Part shown: positions 61,493 through 62,214 of the stretch, piece after piece
Layout: each line of letters begins with the position of its first letter
Numbering within the stretch: position 1 is the stretch's first letter
Origin: Gekko japonicus
Taxonomy: Eukaryota
NCBI RefSeq assembly: GCF_001447785.1
Contig: NW_015176480.1
Span: 316,724 to 378,937, forward strand
Direction: 5' to 3'
DNA length: 62,214 nucleotides
Notes under the pieces: model-generated
Told to the model about the DNA's origin: nothing
The model's database searches: none
The model's input: only the letters and a program-made list of their open reading frames with translations
Made by a program: the position numbers and the translations under genes

Positions 61493-62214
61493 TGAAGCAC
61501 GGGAGATAAGAGTTTTGCCCAGAGATTAAGACCACACCAGATTCTTTAACAAGAGGAGAGCTTTATTAAGGCACCTGAGTCTAGCTATCACCAAAGTGAT
61601 ATCCAAAATGCTAGCCCCTCAACTCTGCAGTCTCTCACATTTTATACTATAAGCTTTTAATCACGTCACAAGCCTTAAACAATGAAAAGTTGTTCTTCAT
61701 ATAGCAACACTATCAGAAGGAAACATCTTGAGTATGTATGTATTGTCTTCTTGAGGTTACATTACCTATGTCAGCTTAAATCACATACACAAATAGTAGA
61801 TAACAACATATGTCTTGCAAAGGAAGCTATAAAATATTTATGTTCACATCCGTGAAGACAGACACCTAGCAGGAGAAAGATTACATTGTTAGCTAAAATA
61901 GATCAGATTTTAAGAGGAAATAGCTTCCAGAGGAAGCTCCAAATCACGTCTCTAGTTTCAGGAAAACAGGAAACAGAAGTGCAGCCAGAGTCTACAGAGT
62001 CTGCCTAAGCAATTTTGAAAATCTTGTATTAGACATGAGACAGAGGTCACTTAGTATTAAGGTATTATTTTTTAATATTTTGCTTCACTCCCCCCTTTCG
62101 GCCACCTTGATAAGTCATGGAGAGGATGGCCGATCAAAATGGCTATATACTGAGGAGTTCCGAGTCTGACAGGTCATGCAAGGGGCACAGGGAGCTTCTG
62201 TGCTGAATAAAGAG
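61493..62214 (-). mobile_element. 3' LTR (61493-62087), polypurine tract and start of the internal region of an ERV/LTR element running out of the window
   Basis: The LTR has terminal inverted repeat TGAAGCA..TGCTTCA. Minus-strand PPT GAAAGGGGGGAG (62088-62099) immediately precedes it. Minus-strand TATAAA at ~61640 and AATAAA at ~61562 are in the correct U3-R-U5 order. Confidence 0.82.

Overview
Vertebrate genomic DNA, most likely a squamate reptile and probably a gecko, judged from Sauria SINEs, Squam3-like SINEs, squamate-type L2/CR1/L1 relics and a SPIN MITE. The only host coding sequence I can support is one 68-bp minus-strand exon (27901-27968) encoding VILILTKLYDYNLGSITESSLW(R). I recognise this as the second coding exon of the VPS10-domain receptor SORCS1, so the window is inferred to be SORCS1 intron 2 (left), exon 2 and intron 1 (right). 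The rest is dense with transposons: SINEs, LINE fragments, hAT and Harbinger MITEs, two Helitron-like elements, solo LTRs, an ERV end and two assembly gaps. Almost all ORFs in the supplied track are spurious or TE-derived. Three things stand out. (1) Two dissimilar solo LTRs each carry an intact ~100-120 aa ORF starting at the LTR's first ATG, with an acidic body, a PDSP motif and an Arg-rich tail resembling nucleosome acidic-patch anchors (RRSARL, RLRS). (2) A 1.75-kb hAT element with a perfect TSD appears to have captured a CpG-island, 5'-UTR-like gene fragment oriented like SORCS1. (3) A perfect 152-bp inverted repeat has a junction templated from a third nearby site. Family names come from recall of consensus sequences, not from database searches.
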